Below are positions 37,213-50,800 of a stretch of DNA of 64,000 nucleotides, piece after piece (within the stretch, counting starts at the first letter, position 1; every line of letters starts with the position of its first letter). The notes beneath the pieces are model-generated. The model saw nothing but the letters and a program-made list of their open reading frames with translations, did no database searches and was not told the origin of the DNA. The position numbers were made by a program, and so were the translations under genes. This DNA is from Cenococcum geophilum (lineage: Eukaryota): contig CP158635.1 of the NCBI GenBank assembly GCA_050273025.1, positions 32,550,001 through 32,614,000 on the forward strand. Direction: 5' to 3'.

Positions 37213-39227
37213 TTAAGCCGAAGGCTGATCGCCCCAGACGTCCTTCACAAGGAGTTTCTTGTTAACTGCGACACGGCTTCATCAGAAAAATTTCCGTGCG
37301 GATAAAATAGTGGAGAACTCACTCTTGCCCATAGCATTCTTTGGGATGGATTCTACCACTTTCATTTCTTGCGGAATCTTGTAGTTTGCTAATTGCTCTT
37401 TGAGTGCTCTCCGCATATCCATGGGCCCCCAGGCTTTTCCTCCACGGCCTCCAGTCTTACCCTCTTCAGAGAGAACGACAACTGCGGCTACTTTCTGACC
37501 CCAGGCATCTGATGGGAGAGCAACAACAGCGCACTCTGCTACCTGAGGCCTGCACGGGATGTTAGCCTCCGAAATATCCAACAGAAGCCCTCGACACTTA
37601 CAACGATAGCATTTCTCGCTCAATCTCAAGAGCGCTGACTTTCTCGCCTCCGGTCTTGATAATATCTGCACTCTTCCGCCCTTGAATAAAGTACATTGGA
37701 CCTTTGGCCCAATCTTGGGAGCTCTTCCCCGCACTCTCTGCTTCGCGTCGCACTGCGACATCTCCGGTCTTGAACCACTTTCCCTTTCCATCCTCACCCT
37801 CAACAAACTCGCTGGCGGTCGCATCGGGATTCCTCCAGTACTCTCGGAAGATGGTTGGGCCTCTGAGTTGGATCTCGCCGTGTCGTTCCTTGCCGTCTTT
37901 GTCCAATTCTTCGCCAACATTGATGATTTCATTGGTCTCCGTGTCCACCAGGCGTGCTTCTACAGAAGGAAGTGGCCAGCCTACGCTGCCATCAACTCTA
38001 TCCCTAAAATCAAGCCCACAGCTGAGTGCCATTCCAACTTCCGTCATGCCGTATCTTTCTAATAATACGTTGCCAGAACTGAGCTCGGTCCACGCAGCCT
38101 TTGTGGGCGTCGGCAATGCCGCAGACCCTGAGATATTTAGCCGCATATTCTCGGGCGATATCGCTTTTCTCGCTGCTTCCTGTAGCTCCGGAGATAGACT
38201 TTTATGTGCTTGTAGGAGACGGTTGTAAATTGTTGGAACGACGGTAAGGAATGTAATTTTCTCTTTTGATTTGTTTGTTTCTGGGAGGAAAGGTGCTGCC
38301 AAGCGTTCCCAAACGGCCTGAGCATTAAAGGGAAAGATGAATTCTATGGTGGAGCCTGCGAAAAGAGGGGTAAGGAGCGCGTTCACTGTGCCGTGGATAT
38401 GATGAAGAGGAAGGACATGTAGCAGACGGTCTGTAGATATGTAGTTCCACGCTTTAAGCAATGATAGTGACTGTGCAGTAAGTACGGATTGTGGAAGAAG
38501 GACACCTTTCTGCCAGCGGTCAGCATCGAGTTTGGCGAGGAGATTAAATCTTGCGGCTCAATGCATACCGGCCTACTTGTTGTGCCAGAAGTGTAGAGCA
38601 TCATGCCTCCCTTGCTACTAATAGGATTCTCTAGTGTTACAGTCTCAATTGTGTTTCCAGCCAATATCTTGTCTGGCTTATAATTTATCGGTTGGGTCTC
38701 AAGACCCTCCTTGAGAATCTCATCCGCTTTGTCTTGGAATTTGTCCGATGATAACAGCATCAGACTCTGACTCTGGTCGAGGATGTAGCGGAGCTCGTGA
38801 GCTGGGAAGGTTGGAGAAAGAGGTACGGCGACGGCATGACTCCCAAGGATAGCGAGCAGAGTCACTACATTCTGGTCAAACCGCCTGTTCTTCAACTTTT
38901 TGACGTAGAACTAAGCGCACCTACATAGTCGTAGCCATTCTCAACAAGAAATGCTATTCTCTCGCCCTGTGTAGCTTTGCCATTGGTGTTCCGCGCCAGC
39001 TTATCCTTAGCAGCAGCAACATCGTTGAGCAATTCGCCGTATGTGAAGCTCCGCCCGGACAGCGAGTGTACTATAGCTGTGGACTTTGGATTATGGCTCG
39101 CGACGGCCTCGAAAATAGGAATCTTGGGCAAAGTCGAAGCCATTCGGACGGAGTGGAGTATCCTGAGGCTGAAGGAAGCTGGGAGAGATCGCTTGGTGAA
39201 TGCACGCGCAGCACCTTGCGCCCACAT
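37213..39227 (-). CDS. Acyl-CoA synthetase (AMP-binding), malonyl-CoA synthetase/ACSF3-like, with a mitochondrial-type presequence
   Basis: LYTSGTTSRPKG, LPLHHIHG, LLERYGMTEVGMALS, WFKTGD, IIKTGGEKVSALEIERE, IPKNAMGKVNKK; four GT-AG introns. Confidence 0.92.
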
Positions 39228-39538
39228 TGTCGATCGAAGGAGGGGTGTCAAGGTTCGGAGCTACGACCTTGTCCTCTGCAGCATTGTCATGCTGCCTCTA
39301 TTCCTACGGTCACCGCGCCAATCCCGAATTTGCCGACTTAAGTTCCCGCTCGCTCCGTAATGCCGATGGTCGTTGTCACCGCCGAATTGGGCAGCCGGAC
39401 GGTGGTGTGAAGCCCGAGAAGGTCGGGCGAGAGTATGCTTGGCAATCATGGCCCGAGTTGGCGAGGCTTCCAGCAGCCATCGCTTGTCTTCCTAATTCCA
39501 TCACACCTCTCGTTGATCACAGTCTAACGTCTTTTTTT

Positions 39539-40134
39539 ATGTTGCCGAGGGTCGCGATAGGAGCGCGCCTGAGGCTCATGTCCACCATGGCCCAGTCTTT
39601 AACACCCATGGAAGATGCTATGCGAGCAAAGGAAACTGATACCCCTGCCTTCAATGTTGCAGCACCAAGAATAACATTTTTTTAATTTGCAGATAACAGC
39701 AGCTCTTGCGCCGGCCACTCTAGAGATATACAATGATTCACACATGCATTCACATCACAAGGCTATGCAGGGCAGCACGTCTAAAGAGGTAATAAGCTAC
39801 TTTTTATATTAATTATGTTAACATTTTAATTACGTGTAGCTAATGAGTCTCTCAGACCCATTTCCGGTAGCAAAGGCTTTTATTCCCGGGTGATCTTTGC
39901 ATTTTCGAATACTTACGTTGCTTCAGAGTCGTCGTAACATCAGAGGCTTTTAGATCGAAGATGCAGCCGGCCAGGCATAGAATGGTTTACGCTTTGCTGA
40001 GGGACGAAATGGCACAGGTTGGTGGCATTCATGCTCTACAGCTCCGAACTCGAACGCCAGAGGAGGAGGAAAGACAGAAGCAGCGCGAAGAGGCTGAAAG
40101 TGGTGAACGAATCGCAGACGTGGAGTTAAAGTAA
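39539..40134 (+). CDS. BolA-family protein with a mitochondrial-type N-terminus
   Basis: Spliced TPMEDAMRAK|ITAALAPATLEIYNDSHMHSHHKAMQGSTSKE|THFR|VVVTSEAFRSKMQPARHRMVYALLRDEM..GGIHALQLRTRTPEE; introns 39632-39692, 39789-39855, 39867-39926. Confidence 0.92.
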
Positions 40135-41208
40135 AGACAAAAGACCACGTGTTTGTGGCCTAGATGCAGAGGTAATGCGAGGGAGCGCGAGCACAATTTT
40201 GGAACCAGAGGTTCGGAGAGTACCACTGTTAATACATGTGGAAAAAACACAGGACTCGAGAGGTTATGGGCTTTTAAACCAAATCGATGGGTTTGGCTTC
40301 ACAACAAGGATGTCACGATTTCTGGCGTCTTGAATGAAACCGAGGATCTTATATATGGAATCGGAAGCTTGCGCATACAAACGGAGGCACTGCTGGCATT
40401 TTGCTGGCCAATCTTTTTGAAAGACCTGTTGATATGGGGTGTCCCGGTAGCTAAGCCAGAGATTGATTAAGCCGAACTAAACCTCTTTGTTGCGTGTCGG
40501 GAGGTTTTTGTTTTTGTACTCCACATGCTCGACACGATCAAGTTTACTTTAAGACGCGAAGTCTAGAAGCAGGCCTTGTAGCAGAGTAGCACCCAGCATA
40601 TTCCCCTGGGTGCCATCTTAGCAGGTCAACTTTGCTTGCATACAAAGCGAGAACACCACAGCTGCAGATATCGTTAGACAGCTAGTGCGCGTCGATTGAG
40701 GTATTTTGGTAATGCCGCCTCTTGTGCGGCTGCATACCCAATTTTCGTAGGCCTGCATCGGGATAGTGGACCATTCGATATCGTCCAAGGCGCTGCATTT
40801 TCGTCTTCATCCGGAAGCAAAACAGTATTGGTTCACATCACTGTTTTTTGTAGCGAGGTCGGTGCCGTGCGACCGGGAATGCTCGAGTCATGCCCAAAAG
40901 CCGATAGATCCGGGTAACCTCTTGGCCTTCGGAAGAAAAGATGCCAAAGTTGAAAAGGCGATCTTTGCGAAGGTCGAGATCTACAGCCCAGTCAAGTAAG
41001 ACGTGAATCGGTACGTGAGCTCGTGATGTACTGGAAAACATAGAGGGGAAAAGAATTTGAATTTATTATGACGTCATGCCATAGGCATGCAGTAAATACT
41101 ATTGGCGAAACCTCTCCCCGTAGCATCCAAAGGGCTTGGCTCGCCGCAGCCACCCGCAGGTCGCACCCCACTAAAAAGCAATTACTGACACAACCTGCAT
41201 TGGTCTGC

Positions 41209-42502
41209 CTATGCTAGAACTGATGCATCGCGCGCGACATCATTGTTGACTTTCTGGCGTCGCTCACGGCCCTTGTCACTCCATGGGAAATGGGCGACGG
41301 GGATAACGAAGAAGCTGCGAGACAATTTATTAGCGGAATGCTCATAAAAGGAAAAAAGAGAGGAGGAAAACGCGCGACATCTTGGAGTAGTTACCTGTTG
41401 GAGTTGTCCGCAATACCGGCGAGCGCATTGTACCAGGCCAAGAATGCCGCAAGGATACCGAAAGCGCCTCCAGCCTTGATGCAGCCTTCGTTGGGAGCGC
41501 CGCTGCCGTTCTGGAGGTAGCCAATGCCGAGGAGGAGGAAGGCCATGTCAAGGGTGAAGAACAACAGGAAGAAAGCGACGGTTGACCTCAGGGTGCAGAT
41601 GAGCAGGATAAAGGTGAAGATGAACCAGCCCTACGTTTTATTAGCTAACATACCACAGAAGAATGAGGCTTTCGCACCATTAAGTAAAGACCAAAGGAGT
41701 TGTAAAATGGGTAAGGGCTGGTTTTTGTGAGCGATTCCTCAATGTTAAAGCCACCAGGGGTAAGGACAATGGCGAAGGAGATCCAGAAGCCTCCGTAAGA
41801 TGAGAGGGCTGTAGCACCGAAGGTGTTTCCCACTGCCATTTCCCTGAAATAGTTGTGAGTTCACATGCTTAAGTGCAATCAAATGCTAAGCTCAAACATA
41901 CCACATGCCGGCCAAAAGCTGAACCAAGCCACCATAACCATAAGCAATAGCGACTACTAAATTAGGTGCAGCAATGTCGCGGGTGCCCAGGTTGATTAAC
42001 GACAGGACGAAAGTCGTTAACGCGAAAGCTGAGAGACCCAAGGGAGCAGGGTTGGCGAACTTCCTAGATGGGGCCCTAGAGGCATGTTAGATATTTATTG
42101 GGGATATTTAAAGCTTAAGGCGGGTTGGCGCATTTGTGGTTTCGTACCTGTAGAGGCCCGGTTGGAATTCACCACCAAAGGCAGGCATACGAAGTTCAGG
42201 ATCGTTCGTCCGGATGTGTGCGAGAGGATTGCCGCCTGCTGTTGTGAGCGGACTGTCGAAGCTAGGGGAGATGTTAGGTCTTTGGTATTCATTGAGTACG
42301 TACCATAGTCATATGGCTTCCTTTCTTTCGCTGAATTTCCCGCATAGTCAACGGCACTGGTGCCGTTGGTCTCTTCATTATGGAAGAGAGTCTCACCACC
42401 AGTAGCATGAACATCCTATTGTTGGTTAGACATTTGGCCTTGTGGCATGTTTTGGTATAAGACGCAAGATTGACATACAGTTGTTTCCTGGGCGGTCGCC
42501 AT
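41209..42502 (-). CDS. GPR1/FUN34/YaaH (ATO/AcpA-like) acetate transporter
   Basis: [67 protein letters not shown]; several introns. Confidence 0.95.
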
Positions 42503-45500
42503 TGCTATTTACTAAGGCTGGAATGTAGACGAAATATAACAGCAGACACACTAAGAGTGATTGAAGAGGTAGAAGAAAAGGATATCGTGCAGTAAAGACA
42601 AAATGGAACCCGCCAAAGAAGTATCTGTCTCAGCAGAAGTCGCGTACGAACAGCTAAAAGAGGTGGAGCAATACGGGGAATGGGGACAGATATATTTCCA
42701 GGTAGGCCGGTCCGCGAGCTCAACCACTCAAACTTCTAGACGACATGATCAGGCCCCATGGAAGCACCATGAACACTAGTGTCGACGTAGGGGCAATTAA
42801 TCAGGCCAAAACAGGCCGGGGTAGGCCAGTTCGAGGGGTCCATTGTGTGCTCTTCTCCAGGCCGGGTGAAGAGGTAGAAACTGCTGACCGCAGCGGCGCA
42901 CTGGCGTCTACAAAGTTAGCATGCCGTTGCATCGAGGCCTCGCAAGCGACTGGCTTTAGTGGACCGTCCACTAAAATGACTGCCGAGGTGCCGGACGACC
43001 CCAGAGCTAAGGCCCATCGTCTTCCAACGGGTGCACGAACCGATCGACCCCAGTTCGTCATTGCAGTCTTGGTGTGCTGGCGTGTTGCTTCATCGAGGTG
43101 GTGCTCTAGCCGTCTTCCTATTCGAGCGAGGAACGATCTTCCACGCCGAACCGAGAGAGCCGTCATAATTATACTCACTTCCCTTGCTTTGCAGGATTTC
43201 CCCATCTCCCCTTAGGTAGTCGACAGGCACATAATGAGACGTTCGCCTCGCGCTTGGTCTTTCAGTGGACTTGAACTTCTTTTAATCCCAATATCATCAT
43301 CAAATCGTCACAGTATGTGAATGGTAAATGGGCAACGGCCGTCTTGCCTGTCCCCTTTCTGCGCTGTAATTTATGGGGCTTCCGCGGCGCTGTCAGTGTC
43401 GAAAGAGACAGGTCTTCGATCCCCAAGTCACATACTCCCCGCAAAAAGCAGCCAGTATCTTTTGTCCTCGAAGCTCCCCGCTGCTGTTATCGCTGTTTAT
43501 TCATCCGGAAGCGATCGCGATGTGGTATGAACGCCGAGCTTGGACATGCTTGGTTTGGCTTGGTGGCTGATGGCTCGTCTCCTGAGCCATGAGGACGGGG
43601 ATACGTATCGTCAGCATGCCGGAAATAAGCTTTTACATAATATTTCGTTCTCGCCACCAAGCAGCGATAAAACATACCACGGGTTGATGTCAAGAGCCAG
43701 CAGGTAGTGCGCAAAAGATGGCTTCGATGGTGATGTGGGCATGACGGCCCCGGATTATCTTTGAGACCTCCACACAATGAATCCAATCGCATTCACCTCA
43801 AGCACCTTAAGCTTCTCGAAGCCGTCAACCTGAGATCTCAGAGGCGTGATCTCGCCTAGCCTCTCAGGCGTCAGCCCAGCGAGAGCACGGCAGTGCATAG
43901 TCAGGCTAGCGAAAAACAAGCGTTCGGTCTGCTCGAACCGAAAGGCCAATGTCGGGGGAGGCGCCGGCTGGAACGCACGTCCAAGAAACAAATTTCTCTT
44001 GTACTCTTCCAAAATTGGGGCTGGAGCTCCATTATGACCCTTCATTTGGCAACATCTGTGCTTGGTTTTTATTTATTTTTAACATGCCTCTAGGATCCTG
44101 CGACCGTGGCATAATCGTACTGCTTACAGCTTCTCTGGACTAATTGCATTGGAAAGAGTTCTTGCTGCTTGGCCCATTGAGCGACTAGGGGCGTCCAGGC
44201 GCCGTCTGGTAATTTAGGCTGTTTGGGTTAGACTGCATTATCTACATCCCTACTTCGGATCCCAAAAATGCCGCCAGGGTTTGGGCCTATCAGTAGTGGA
44301 ACATAGTCCACTTCCAGATTTGGTATTTCCCAATCGACCACTGAAGAAGCTGCGACCTGTGCACTAATACTGCGGGATACGCGATCCTTTTAGATCCTCT
44401 TCAGACACCAGGAGCGTCTCTATTTAGGGCCGGAGACCGAACACGAGTTTGAACGCTTTCAGTTATGATACGGGGTAACTATTCGTGCACAGGCACACTC
44501 CTATACATATTTTGTGGTGCCTGCTTCTAAGAACTTAAATCCAAAACTTAAATCCAACTACTTTCACCAGGCTGATCCTACTCTGTTCAAATTTTTTACG
44601 GCGCTACCTCCTGGGCATCAGACCCCTTTACATCCGCGCACTCATCCATCGTTAGAGCAACTTCTTCCCCCGATTATCGATAAGTAGGGACAGATAGCCG
44701 ATAATCATGGTCCTTGCGAAACGAAGCCTGGACTGTTTAATGGTTGCTGCAATATACATTTGAGAGGAAATGAATATGCGGAGCAGCTTTTGCAGCCATT
44801 TTAATGATATCTTTGCTTCTTCAAAGCCCTATTGTACCCACTTTCGCCTTTACTGAGCGACTTCAAGCCCTTGACGAGGTCGTGAGAGTGTAGGGAAACT
44901 GGCTAGCAACGATTAAACAACCTAGGCCTCGGGGCACTCCCCCTGGGCTTGATTGTTGTATGCACATCTACTGTGCCTCAACAATCGGACATGATTGATG
45001 CAAGTGGAATCATCGGTGTTCCTGACCCCTTTCCTCCAAAGCCTGGGATTCTAGCCAGCCTCCACCTTATTTCCATGGATCGAATACGATCTAGTGGGCG
45101 TTTGCAATGTCTGTGGGCATCTTGGAGATGCTGTTTGGGACCGTCTAGGTCGTCTAGCGCATATTTCAATGCGTATGCAGGACAGTGGGCCGGCGGCAAT
45201 GTGGAGAGTTGCGGAGTGTGGATCTCTAAACAACGCGGTGGAAAGGAATGACCCTGTATCGCAGACGAAATGAGCTCGGCAGGATAGCAGGTTGTGAAGT
45301 GAGATGGTTCTCATGCCACCTGCGAAGTTATCTCTGGGCAAAGCAAGCTATGAAGTCAAAAACACGTGTGTCATGTGAGAATTGCGTGTGTGGTGCCACG
45401 AGGAGGCGCCTTGTAAAAACGTTTCCGCCCGTTGGGCTTTCACTGGACGGTCTTTTTACCATAATGATCGCGGCAGGGACCCCCTGGTCTTAGTGGATAT

Positions 45501-45686
45501 GGCTAGCGATTTAAGGATGTAGTGCTGTGTAACATCAGACAACATCGTTTTGCGTGAAAAATATTTGAAATAAAGGTCTTCATTAGTAATTCAAATAGGG
45601 CCGAAGATCTCGAGGCTCAAAACATTGGATCTCACTACCTGATCATGTGAGCTTCAAAGTTGGTGATGTGAAACACCTAGAGGGTT

Positions 45687-46934
45687 TTATCTCATGAATC
45701 AGACCCCCGGGGAGAAATTGCGCCACGACGTAGCTAAGGGCTAGCGCTACGCTTGTGGACCTTACCCTAGTCCTATGGACTCCTGGACCAATCAGATCGC
45801 ACCGAGAGGAATTTCTCCCTGAGGGTCTGAGAGCTTATGGGCGCCCTTTGTATGAGAACTCAATGTTTTTTATTAGGCGACGACTCTTCCATTACAACGC
45901 TGTATCTCGACCCTTTTATAACGTCTAGTTATTATAAAAATACTATAAGGTAGGAGCTCTTTAATTTCTCTATCTATTGCAATAAATAACGACGTCGTAG
46001 CTATATTAGTTAGTCGTATTTTCGTTGGTCGTATTTTCGTTAGTTGTATTTTCATTGGTCGCAAAAATCGTCAGTCGCAAAACTCGTCGGTCGCAATCTT
46101 ACCTCATTGCTCTGCTCGAAGCTCTGCACGAGGCTCTGCTCGAAGCTCTGCACGAGGCTTTTCTTGAAGCTCCGCACGAGGCTTTTCCCGAAGCTCTGCA
46201 CGAGGCTCTGCTCAAAGCTCTGCTCGAAGCTCCATACCTTATATACTTCTCTACGTCTAATTATCTCTAAAATACTACAAGTTAAAAGCTCTTTTTCTTC
46301 TCTATTACCTCTACGTTATAGTAATACTATAGCTCTATTTTATAAGAAGTTAGATATAGGCAGTTGGTCGTTTTAGTCTATTTTATTATAATCTTGCCTT
46401 ACTACCAAAAATTACATACTTCTCTATGTCTAATTATCTCCAAAATAGTACGAGCTAAAAGCCCTTTGTCTTCTCTATCGCCTCTATATTATAGCGATAT
46501 CGTAGCTTTATTATATAAGAAGTTAGATATAGGTAGTCGGTCAGTTTTGGCCTAAAATCTACAAATATTTAATTCTAAATCTAACTTAACTTTTGCGATA
46601 ATGTATCTCGCCTTTTAATACTCTAGGTATAGGGCTATAATATATATTTTTAAAGATATAATTACCTAAAGAGCCTATTACATCGAACAAAGTATTAATA
46701 ACTATTAGTTAGGCCTTAGTAGAGCCAGTTAAAGTTGAAATACGCGATCTAAAATAATTAAAACTCACCAAAGCGACGCCTATAAGCTCTCAGACGCTCC
46801 GCAGAAGATTTTACTAGGTGACAGGGGTGCGCAGGGGGCTGATATTAGTGCGCTACCCTGATTGGTCTAGGAGTTAGCAGGAGGTCTGTGTCACCGGAAT
46901 AAATCTTTTGCGGAGCGTCTGATTTATAAGATAA
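45687..46934. mobile_element. Unclassified TIR element (1248 bp) with an 8-bp TSD and an inverted-repeat module at each end
   Basis: TSD agagggtt (45679-45686, 46935-46942); termini ttatctcatgaatcagac / gtctgatttataagataa; internal IRs 45699-45830 and 46790-46922. Confidence 0.85.
46109..46232. repeat. 12-bp tandem repeat (gctctgc(t/a)cga(a/g)), about 10 units
   Basis: Visible directly; preceded by degenerate 15-bp repeats ~46010-46095. Confidence 0.9.
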
Positions 46935-47828
46935 AGAGGGTTGCTAGACAGCGAATCCTTCGCGCCCCTCAGCTGGAGAGGGAGGTAGCCGATATTCGTC
47001 CATGCGCGCACTAAGCTATTTACACTATTTTAATATAAACAAGACTTATTACCACTCTCACACCTTACAATGCCTTCTTATAAGGTAATTAAAGTACGTA
47101 AATTAGTCGCGCGCCCTTATACACCCCCATAGGAGCTTTTTGCGGACTCTAAGATCCTTACTACGCCTTAACGGTGTAGTATTTTATAGGGGAAGCCTTT
47201 TAGCCGGCATTTAGGCCTCTTAATTAATTAAGAGATAATAGAGGTAGTTATAAAGGTCCCGCCTTAATTATAGATAAGAATTCTTACCTTAAAACAGCTA
47301 AGAATACTTTATAATTAAGAAGACCTTAGCCCTAATCCTTGTGGATATAAGAGAGCTCTTAAACGATCTAATATAGCTGCCTTGCTTTCTACCTTAATAA
47401 CCTTACTACTACCCTTAATAATAAAGGCTAGCCGTGGCTTGACCTTGCTAAATCTGCGGGCATTACTTTACTAAAAACAACACATATTAAAGCCTCTAAA
47501 TTTTAGGATATAGAGCTATAAATAGTATAGAGGGCTTATAAGGTAGACGAAGGGATAATTAACGCGGTATATAAGGAGGAGTAGGAGCTTATAGATAAAT
47601 AAGCGAATAGTAGATTAGATTAGAAAAATAAATTACTTACCGTATAGCCTTACTATAAGAATTATGGCGACGTAGTCTTTATAAATAAGTTTTACGTTAG
47701 AATTATAACTTAAATAATAAAGAAGATTAAGCGTAAGATAGGTCCTAAATATAAGTATAAAAAAGAGAACGTCTACTATAAGGTCTCTTTTAAGGACGTT
47801 AAAGCTAAGGTAAGAGAGAATAAGCACC

Positions 47829-50800
47829 TGTCGGAACGTTAATCACGTAACGTAGTCACGAGGCCACGAAGTAAGACTAGCTATCTGACTTTAGAGCAAC
47901 CCCTTTCTTCTAGAATTAACTACCAACTTCAACACCGCATACGTACCACTACAAGTAATATTCGTGCACGTTAATAAAGAGAGTTATACTAACACTAATT
48001 AGTAGACGTATAGATCAGGAAATACGTAATAGCAAAGCTTAAGAACTAGCACCACCCAGTATTCAATAATCGCCGAGCTATCGCCCTATTCTAGTTAAAG
48101 GAGAAAGCTACGTTACCCTTAAAGCTCGAGACTATATATCAGCTTACTGATATATAAAATCGCCTAGAGAATCGTATCTTTACTTAGAAAGAGCTACGTT
48201 ATCCTTAAAGCTCGAGACCACGCATTAACTTAACCGTTGACGCGTTAGATCGCCTAGAGGACCCTTAAAGCTTAAGACCACGTATTAACTTAACTGTTAA
48301 TGCATAAGATCGCCTAGAGGACCGTATCTTTACTAAGAATCGTCTTCGGTCTTTAGTTTTTAAGAACTATAGATTTATTAAGGGGACACGTATACACCCT
48401 TATACCCTTACTTTTATATACCTTAAACCTTAAACTTAACCTTAAACTTAAACCTTTAGAACCTCTACTTAATTCCGAACTATAATATCTATAAAGATAT
48501 AATAATATAGAAATTGACTGGAAGGAAAGAATTGCTAAATACGGTAACGGAATTGACTTGGAGACGGCTACGGATAATAACCTAGCGGAGTATTTAGAGA
48601 CTAAGATGCACCTATATATATAGTATAACCTTACAGACTTTTTATTATAGACAGCGTTTTAGGAAAACTTTAAAGACTTTATACCAGAGCTTTTTAAACG
48701 AGTACGATCCGAAACCAGAATAGGAATCCATAACTACCTAGTTAAGAGAAGAGTATACGTTATTAAGCAAGATAAGAGATATACCCTTGGTAGTGTGCTA
48801 ACGGACGTTGCTAATAAAGAAGAGCCTTATAAATAAACGGACGAAGAGATTAACCTAACTATTATTAAGATCGGGCTAATAATTACTATGGCCCTATGGA
48901 ACTAACTTAATTCGACCTTAGATAAGCTTGCTATACCACTAGCTACTCTAATCGCTGTACTACCAGCTACTCCGGCCGCTGCCCCCGCTACCCCTACTAC
49001 CCCCCCCAGATCTACTCTAACCGCTACACTGCCAGCTACTCTAATTACTGCCCCCGCTACCCCTACTACCCCTCCCGGTCTTTAATCCTCTAATTATAAC
49101 TAAATCCACGCCCTTATCGACTAATTACTATGGCCAAGAGAGTAGTAACTACAGCAGCTATAGTAACTGTAGTAGCTATATATATATACACTACCTAAAC
49201 TAGCTATGCCTAGTATAGAGTAGGGACCTAAGTAAGGACCTAAGTAAGGACCTAGATATAGTAAGGAGGTGGCTATAATTATAAAGATCTATATAGACGA
49301 CCAAAAGTATAATGGAGTTAATAATAGCTTTAACTTTAAGCTGACCATCTTTTATAACATCTGTAAGAGATCCGACTTACTACTAGAAGGCTACGTAGTG
49401 GCATTCCCTAGTATACTAAAAGGGCTTACTTAGGACTACTACTATAATAGTAACCTTAAGTTAAGACCTTTTACTAAAGCCTGTAACCATATATAATAGT
49501 TCTTTAAAGGGCTAGAATACTACCGTAAGAACCTTATAGAGTGGAATAGTATAACCCTTTAAGGAGTTATGGACGAGAACCCTAATAAGTTAATCTATTA
49601 GAACTTCTAACTACTTATAAACAAGCTGTTAAAGTAACGTTATAGATTATACCTAGACTTCTGTATAAACCGTATCCTTATAAATAAGCTGGTTACTGCT
49701 TACTAGGGAGTACTAGTATGCTGTATTACTGTCTCCAACCCTTTAGAAGACCTCTTTTAGTTAATTAGTAAGCTATAATCCTCTATTATTGCGTAGGAAA
49801 AAGAATACCCCTTATAGGCCTTAATAAGATCGTCTTACTAAGCCTTTTTTATGGATTAACGCTATTACTAAAATAACTAGAATTGAGACTAAAACACTAA
49901 TCGCTATGGCAGTAATCGCCCCTATAGAACTAACGGTAGACTAAAGGCTAAGTGCTACGTCTATAAGAAGGAGGACTGTTATTTATAGAAATATATAGAG
50001 GAGGAGTGTAGTTAGTCTAGAGACGACTATAAGAGATGCTTTACTAATATTAAAGGCCGTAATAAGGGTAACTTTAATAACTACTTTAAGTAATACGTCG
50101 CTGCTTGCGAAAGAGATAAAGATAATAATTTAGACTTTAAAGCCTATATATAAGACGCTAATAACTCTAGGAGCGATGCTGGAGAACCTAACAATAGTTC
50201 TACCTATATCACTACCTTTAGAATACTTACTATGGAGGAAGTAACCTCTATAAGTGTAGAGCTAGCTAATAAGGCTTGTATATACCTGCTTACGGCTTTA
50301 GAACTTACTATGGAGTTTACTACGGAACCTTATATAGAGACCGACCCATTTACCTATAGTACGGCTACAGCTATAGCGTCACGATATACCTTAACGGTCT
50401 TTATAGGAATTATAATTAATATAGGTGCTTCGCGTAAGTCTATAGCTAGCTATAGTTAATTTTAAGCTCTATAGGCTGTAGACAAGTCCGTAAGTCTTAA
50501 TACGTTAACTAAGGGCTAAGTAACTGTCTAATTTAGGATTAGAGCCTCTACATCTATTGGAACTATAGATATTAATAGCCCTATAGGTAAGGTATAATTC
50601 TATATCGTTAAAGTAGATACTCCCTTCCTACTTTGCTTAGCAGATATAAATAGACTCTATATTAAATACGATAACCTAAAAGATGTTATTATTACTCGCA
50701 CTAAAAAGGTGCTAGTAGTTAGACGATTTAGCCACCTATTTCTCCTATGGAGCTTCTCCCTATAGTCTTATTTAGTTAAGTCTTTTAATATAAACCCTTG

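Noticed and set aside
42745..45500. Many overlapping short ORFs upstream of the ATO transporter
   Set aside because: No recognisable motifs or splice structure; more likely a long regulatory intergenic region
46010..46232. Regular repeats resembling a CRISPR array
   Set aside because: Contiguous tandem units with no unique spacers; eukaryotic TE context
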